From: Fibrobacteria bacterium
GTDB lineage: Bacteria > Fibrobacterota > Fibrobacteria > UBA11236
Direction of reading: 5' to 3'
DNA: 21,156 nucleotides
NCBI GenBank assembly: GCA_043732185.1
Contig: JAYTHY010000121.1
Span: forward strand, 1 to 21,156
Position numbers and translations under genes: made by a program
Shown: one piece after another, positions 17,994 through 21,156 of the stretch
Position numbering within the stretch: the first letter of the stretch is position 1
Layout: the number at the start of each line of letters is the position of its first letter
Notes under the pieces: model-generated
Seen by the model: the letters and a program-made list of their open reading frames with translations, nothing else
Told to the model about the DNA's origin: nothing
Databases searched by the model: none

Positions 17994-18023
17994 AAAATAG
18001 GAATGCGAGCTGTCGCAGTCCAA
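17994..18023 (-). promoter_or_regulatory. Putative thiG promoter (TGGACT-17-TATTTT), -10 ending 7 nt before the ATG
   Basis: Minus strand reads ttggactgcgacagctcgcattccTATTTTtgggaccATG. Confidence 0.4.
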
Positions 18024-18125
18024 TAAAGACTAAGGATTACCCTTTCAATGCCCAAACTTGGCAGGATATTGCCCTGTCGCCAGCCCCAAACCTTGGTTTC
18101 GCCTATTTCCTGAACTCGCAGGCCC

Positions 18126-18154
18126 TTGCAGGGTTGGTGGCTTCGGGTTATCTT
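18126..18154 (+). promoter_or_regulatory. Putative sigma70-type promoter for the rpmE cluster
   Basis: TTGCAG (18126-31), 17-nt spacer, TATCTT (18149-54); GGAG SD at 18176-79 and ATG at 18186. Confidence 0.6.
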
Positions 18155-18185
18155 TCGGATTCTCACCAAAATTTCGGAGCCGACG

Positions 18186-18461
18186 ATGAAAACAGGTCTT
18201 CATCCTAATTACACCATGCAGTCCTTCACCTGTTCGTGCGGAAACGTAATCGAATTACGCGCCACGATCCCGGGCCAGGGCATTGAAATTTGCTCAAAAT
18301 GCCATCCCTATTATACCGGCAAACAAAAGATTCTGGATTCCGCCGGCCGAATTGAAAAATTCACCTCCCGCTACACGTCCATTGTCGGTGGCAAACGGAA
18401 ATCTCGGGCTGCATCCAAGGACGTTGCGGCCCCTGTTAAAGAAGCTCCAAAGGCTGAATGA
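18186..18461 (+). CDS. rpmE: 50S ribosomal protein L31 (bL31), zinc-binding type A
   Basis: Start reassigned to ATG 18186: [39 protein letters not shown]. Confidence 0.97.
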   Translation: MKTGLHPNYTMQSFTCSCGNVIELRATIPGQGIEICSKCHPYYTGKQKILDSAGRIEKFTSRYTSIVGGKRKSRAASKDVAAPVKEAPKAE

Positions 18462-19450
18462 ACCCATTAGCCAAAGGTTTTCACCGGCTGAATTGGAGTT
18501 TAGTTTTCCTTTCCAGCTACAAACCTGAAAGCGTTGGCGGCCAAGCTGTAATTGAGGGTGTGCTGATGCGCAGCCCTCGCCGCTTGGCAATCGCAGTGCG
18601 TGCCCCAGACGGCACAATCGTATTAGAAAATCAGGAATTCGTAGCCTATTCGCGTCGGCACAAAATTCTTAGCCTTCCTGTTTTACGCGGCGCAGCCTCC
18701 TTGATTGAATCTCTGGCCATCGGCATCAAGGCACTCAATTTCTCCATGGCCGTGCAAGAAAAAGGCGCCTTGCCATCCGAAACTCCCGTCCTGCCCAAGC
18801 AGTCGCGCAAAATGGAAAACGTATGGGTCGCCCTTAGCTTAATTTCCTCTCTACTTCTGGCATTGGGCGCTTTTCAATTGTTGCCCTATTTTGCCGCCAG
18901 CCATCTGATAGGCGGAACCAAGCTTGCACCTGCCAACCCGGTGCTTTTTAATCTGACCGCCGGCGTGGTGCGGATTTCGCTTTTGCTCGGGTATATGTGG
19001 GGCATTTCCTTTCTAAAAGATATTGGCCGTGTTTTCCAATACCATGGCGCCGAGCATAAATCCATTTTTGATTATGAACGCCAGGGCACTCTCGATGTGG
19101 CTTCCGCAAAACAACAAAGCCGCTTCCACCCCCGTTGCGGCACGTCCTTCATTCTCATCGTAGCCATGGTGTGCATCGCCTTCTTCTCAGCCTTTGATGG
19201 ATTTTTATGGCAAGTCTTCCATTTTTCCTACCCATCCGCCTTAGCTCGATTCGCCATTCATTTGCCCTTTGTTCCAATGGTAGCTGGCCTTGCCTTTGAA
19301 GTGCTCAAGCTTACAGCCCGATTTCAAGACTCTCTCTGGGTGCGTCCTTTCGTGCTTCCCGGCCTTTGGCTGCAGAAGATCACCACGCAGGAGCCGGACG
19401 AAAAGCAGTTGGAAGTCGCTATCGCATCGATTCGCGCCGCCCTGGCTTAG
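18458..19450 (+). CDS. DUF1385 (YqhQ-like) membrane protein
   Basis: GGQAVIEGVLMR, P..RG, RVFQYHGAEHK, RFHPRCGTSF, PGLWLQ..TT.EPD.KQLEVAI; several hydrophobic helices; ATGA overlap with the rpmE stop. Confidence 0.9.
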   Translation: MNPLAKGFHRLNWSLVFLSSYKPESVGGQAVIEGVLMRSPRRLAIAVRAPDGTIVLENQEFVAYSRRHKILSLPVLRGAASLIESLAIGIKALNFSMAVQEKGALPSETPVLPKQSRKMENVWVALSLISSLLLALGAFQLLPYFAASHLIGGTKLAPANPVLFNLTAGVVRISLLLGYMWGISFLKDIGRVFQYHGAEHKSIFDYERQGTLDVASAKQQSRFHPRCGTSFILIVAMVCIAFFSAFDGFLWQVFHFSYPSALARFAIHLPFVPMVAGLAFEVLKLTARFQDSLWVRPFVLPGLWLQKITTQEPDEKQLEVAIASIRAALA

Positions 19451-19479
19451 CGCGTTTCAATTTTTTACGCTTACACCCC

Positions 19480-20565
19480 ATGGATTTCCGAGATCAAACA
19501 CGTAAGGTCATAGAACGTAGCGAAGAGCTGGAAAGCCAGCTGCAACGGCCCGATATCCTTTCGGATATGACCCGCATGACAGAACTGGGTCGACTGCATA
19601 AAGGCCTGGCTGAAACCGTGGTCAAAGCCAAAGAATACCTGGCCCTATTCACTGAAATCGACGAATGGAAAAAGGCGGAGTCCGATTCCTCCGATTCCGA
19701 GCTGCAAGCCCTGGCCTCAGATGAGCTAAAAAAGCTGCGCGAAAAGATTCCGGCTTTGGAGCAAGAGCTGCGATTCCTGTTCATTCCAAAAGATCCCAAC
19801 GATTCCCGCGGAGCCATCTTGGAAATCCGGGCGGGTACAGGCGGCGATGAGGCCAGCATCTTTGCCGGCGAAATGTATCGCATGTACAAGTATTACCTGG
19901 ATTCACGCGGATGGAAATGTGTCCTGCTCAGCGCCAGTGAAGGCACGGTCGGCGGATATAAGGAAATCATTTGCGAAATAGATTCAGCTGGAGTGTATGG
20001 CGTCCTCAAATATGAAAGTGGCGTCCACCGCGTGCAGCGTGTGCCTTTGACGGAAACGCAGGGCCGCGTACATACCTCCGCTGCAACAGTTGTAGTCATG
20101 CCGATAGCGGATGAAATGGATGCAATTGACATCAAGGACGCGGACCTCAGAGTGGACACTTTCAGGGCGGGTGGGGCCGGCGGCCAGCATATCAACAAAA
20201 CCGATTCGGCTGTGCGTCTAACCCATATCCCCAGCGGATTAGTGGTGTCGTGTCAGGACGAGCGTTCCCAACATAAAAACCGAGCCAAAGCCATGAACGT
20301 GCTTAAATCCCGCCTGCTGGATTTGCAAATATCTAAGCGCGAGTCCGAGGAGTCGGCGCAGCGGAAGTCCCAAGTGGGCACCGGGGATCGTTCCGCCAAG
20401 ATTCGAACCTATAATTTTCCGCAAGGCCGAGTTACCGATCACCGCGTCAATCTTACGCTTTACAAAATCGATTCGGTCATGAAAGGCGATATTCAGGAGC
20501 TGATCGATGCTCTGATCATGGAAGCCAATGCCGAGAAACTCCGGGATTTGGAAAAGCAGGCTTAA
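19480..20565 (+). CDS. prfA: Peptide chain release factor 1
   Basis: Start reassigned to ATG 19480. EIRAGTGGDEA, ESGVHRVQRVPLTE.QGRVHTS (RF1 PxT motif), GGQ in GAGGQHINKTDSA, RTYNFPQGRVTDHR. Confidence 0.98.
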   Translation: MDFRDQTRKVIERSEELESQLQRPDILSDMTRMTELGRLHKGLAETVVKAKEYLALFTEIDEWKKAESDSSDSELQALASDELKKLREKIPALEQELRFLFIPKDPNDSRGAILEIRAGTGGDEASIFAGEMYRMYKYYLDSRGWKCVLLSASEGTVGGYKEIICEIDSAGVYGVLKYESGVHRVQRVPLTETQGRVHTSAATVVVMPIADEMDAIDIKDADLRVDTFRAGGAGGQHINKTDSAVRLTHIPSGLVVSCQDERSQHKNRAKAMNVLKSRLLDLQISKRESEESAQRKSQVGTGDRSAKIRTYNFPQGRVTDHRVNLTLYKIDSVMKGDIQELIDALIMEANAEKLRDLEKQA

Positions 20566-20568
20566 GCC

Positions 20569-21156
20569 GTGGCTGCCACTGAGCCCGTCCTCTTAGACAT
20601 CCTCAATAAGGCTGCGGACTGGTTCAAATCACGAGGTGTAGAAAACCATCGCCTCGACGCACAACTTCTACTCGGCCATGTCTTAGGCATGAAGCGCATG
20701 GACCTGTACATGAATTTCGACCGTCCCTTGCAAGATACGGAACTCGCACGTTACCGCGAACTGGTGCGCCGCCGCGGCGCCCGTGAGCCACTGCAACATC
20801 TCTTGGGCACCATGCCCTTTCGCAAACTAAACCTCAAGGTTGATGGTCGCGCGCTTATCCCCAGGCAGGAAACGGAACTCATCGTGGACTTGGTTCGCAA
20901 AGCCATATTACCGGGGCAGTACAATACCATTCTGGACGTCGGTGTCGGCGCAGGCCCAATCTTCCTTTCCATACAGAGGGAAATTCCCAACTGCCATGTA
21001 CATGGTGTAGATATCTCTCCTGCTTGTCTTGAACTCACTCGGGAAAACGCCGCCCTCAATGCGCTATCCGCGGACAATCTTGTGCTGGGCGACACATTTG
21101 CACCTTTCCCAACCAATCTTCTGTTTGATGTTATCGTTGCGAATCCACCCTATGTA
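20569..21156 (+). CDS. prmC: Release factor glutamine N5-methyltransferase PrmC/HemK (3'-truncated by window; absent from the ORF track)
   Basis: Manual translation from GTG 20569: RLDAQLLLGHVLG..RMDLY..FDRPL, RRR..REPLQH, LIPRQETE, SAM-binding ILDVGVGAG, GVDIS, ending in DVIVANPPYV (NPPY motif); follows prfA. Confidence 0.96.
   Translation, partial: MAATEPVLLDILNKAADWFKSRGVENHRLDAQLLLGHVLGMKRMDLYMNFDRPLQDTELARYRELVRRRGAREPLQHLLGTMPFRKLNLKVDGRALIPRQETELIVDLVRKAILPGQYNTILDVGVGAGPIFLSIQREIPNCHVHGVDISPACLELTRENAALNALSADNLVLGDTFAPFPTNLLFDVIVANPPYV

Noticed and set aside
17987..18169. 61-codon in-frame upstream extension of thiG, of ThiS-like length, as a possible ThiS-ThiG fusion
   Set aside because: Lacks the ThiS NG motifs and the Gly-Gly end, and overlaps the predicted rpmE promoter. 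ATG 17986 gives a normal ThiG N-terminus.
17987..18185. TPP riboswitch upstream of thiG
   Set aside because: Conserved aptamer motifs were not found on the minus strand by inspection.
19366..19479. Longer ORF-track starts for prfA, and likewise rplP 4514, rpmC 4851, secY 9485, rpmE 18126 and the lipoprotein 14619
   Set aside because: The extensions overlap upstream genes or promoters and are non-homologous; downstream starts fit family N-termini or SD positions.
19480..20565. RF2 identity or a programmed +1 frameshift
   Set aside because: Continuous ORF with the RF1 PxT motif rather than SPF; no internal frameshift is needed.
20751..21116. 121-aa minus-strand ORF
   Set aside because: Antisense to prmC, which is clearly encoded on the + strand.

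Overview
Bacterial housekeeping region. On the + strand: the 3' end of tuf, then the S10-spc-alpha ribosomal superoperon (rpsJ to rplQ, including secY, infA, rpmJ and rpoA), without adk, map or rpsD. Next come a convergent uncharacterised lipoprotein gene (-), uvrC (+), a thiG-thiE pair (-), and a divergent rpmE-DUF1385-prfA-prmC cluster (+, prmC cut by the window end). Protein signatures tentatively suggest the FCB group, possibly Fibrobacterota (inference). I found no rRNA, tRNA, CRISPR, mobile element or clearly new multi-gene system. The best leads are: a shared TTCCTATTTT-N6/7-ATG motif suggesting leaderless uvrC and thiG; a thiG promoter with a palindrome but no TPP riboswitch; the lipoprotein with a glycine-rich hydrophobic hairpin; Ala/Lys/Glu-rich extensions on several r-proteins (about 60 aa on uS11); and divergent uL30, uL22 and uL4 motifs.
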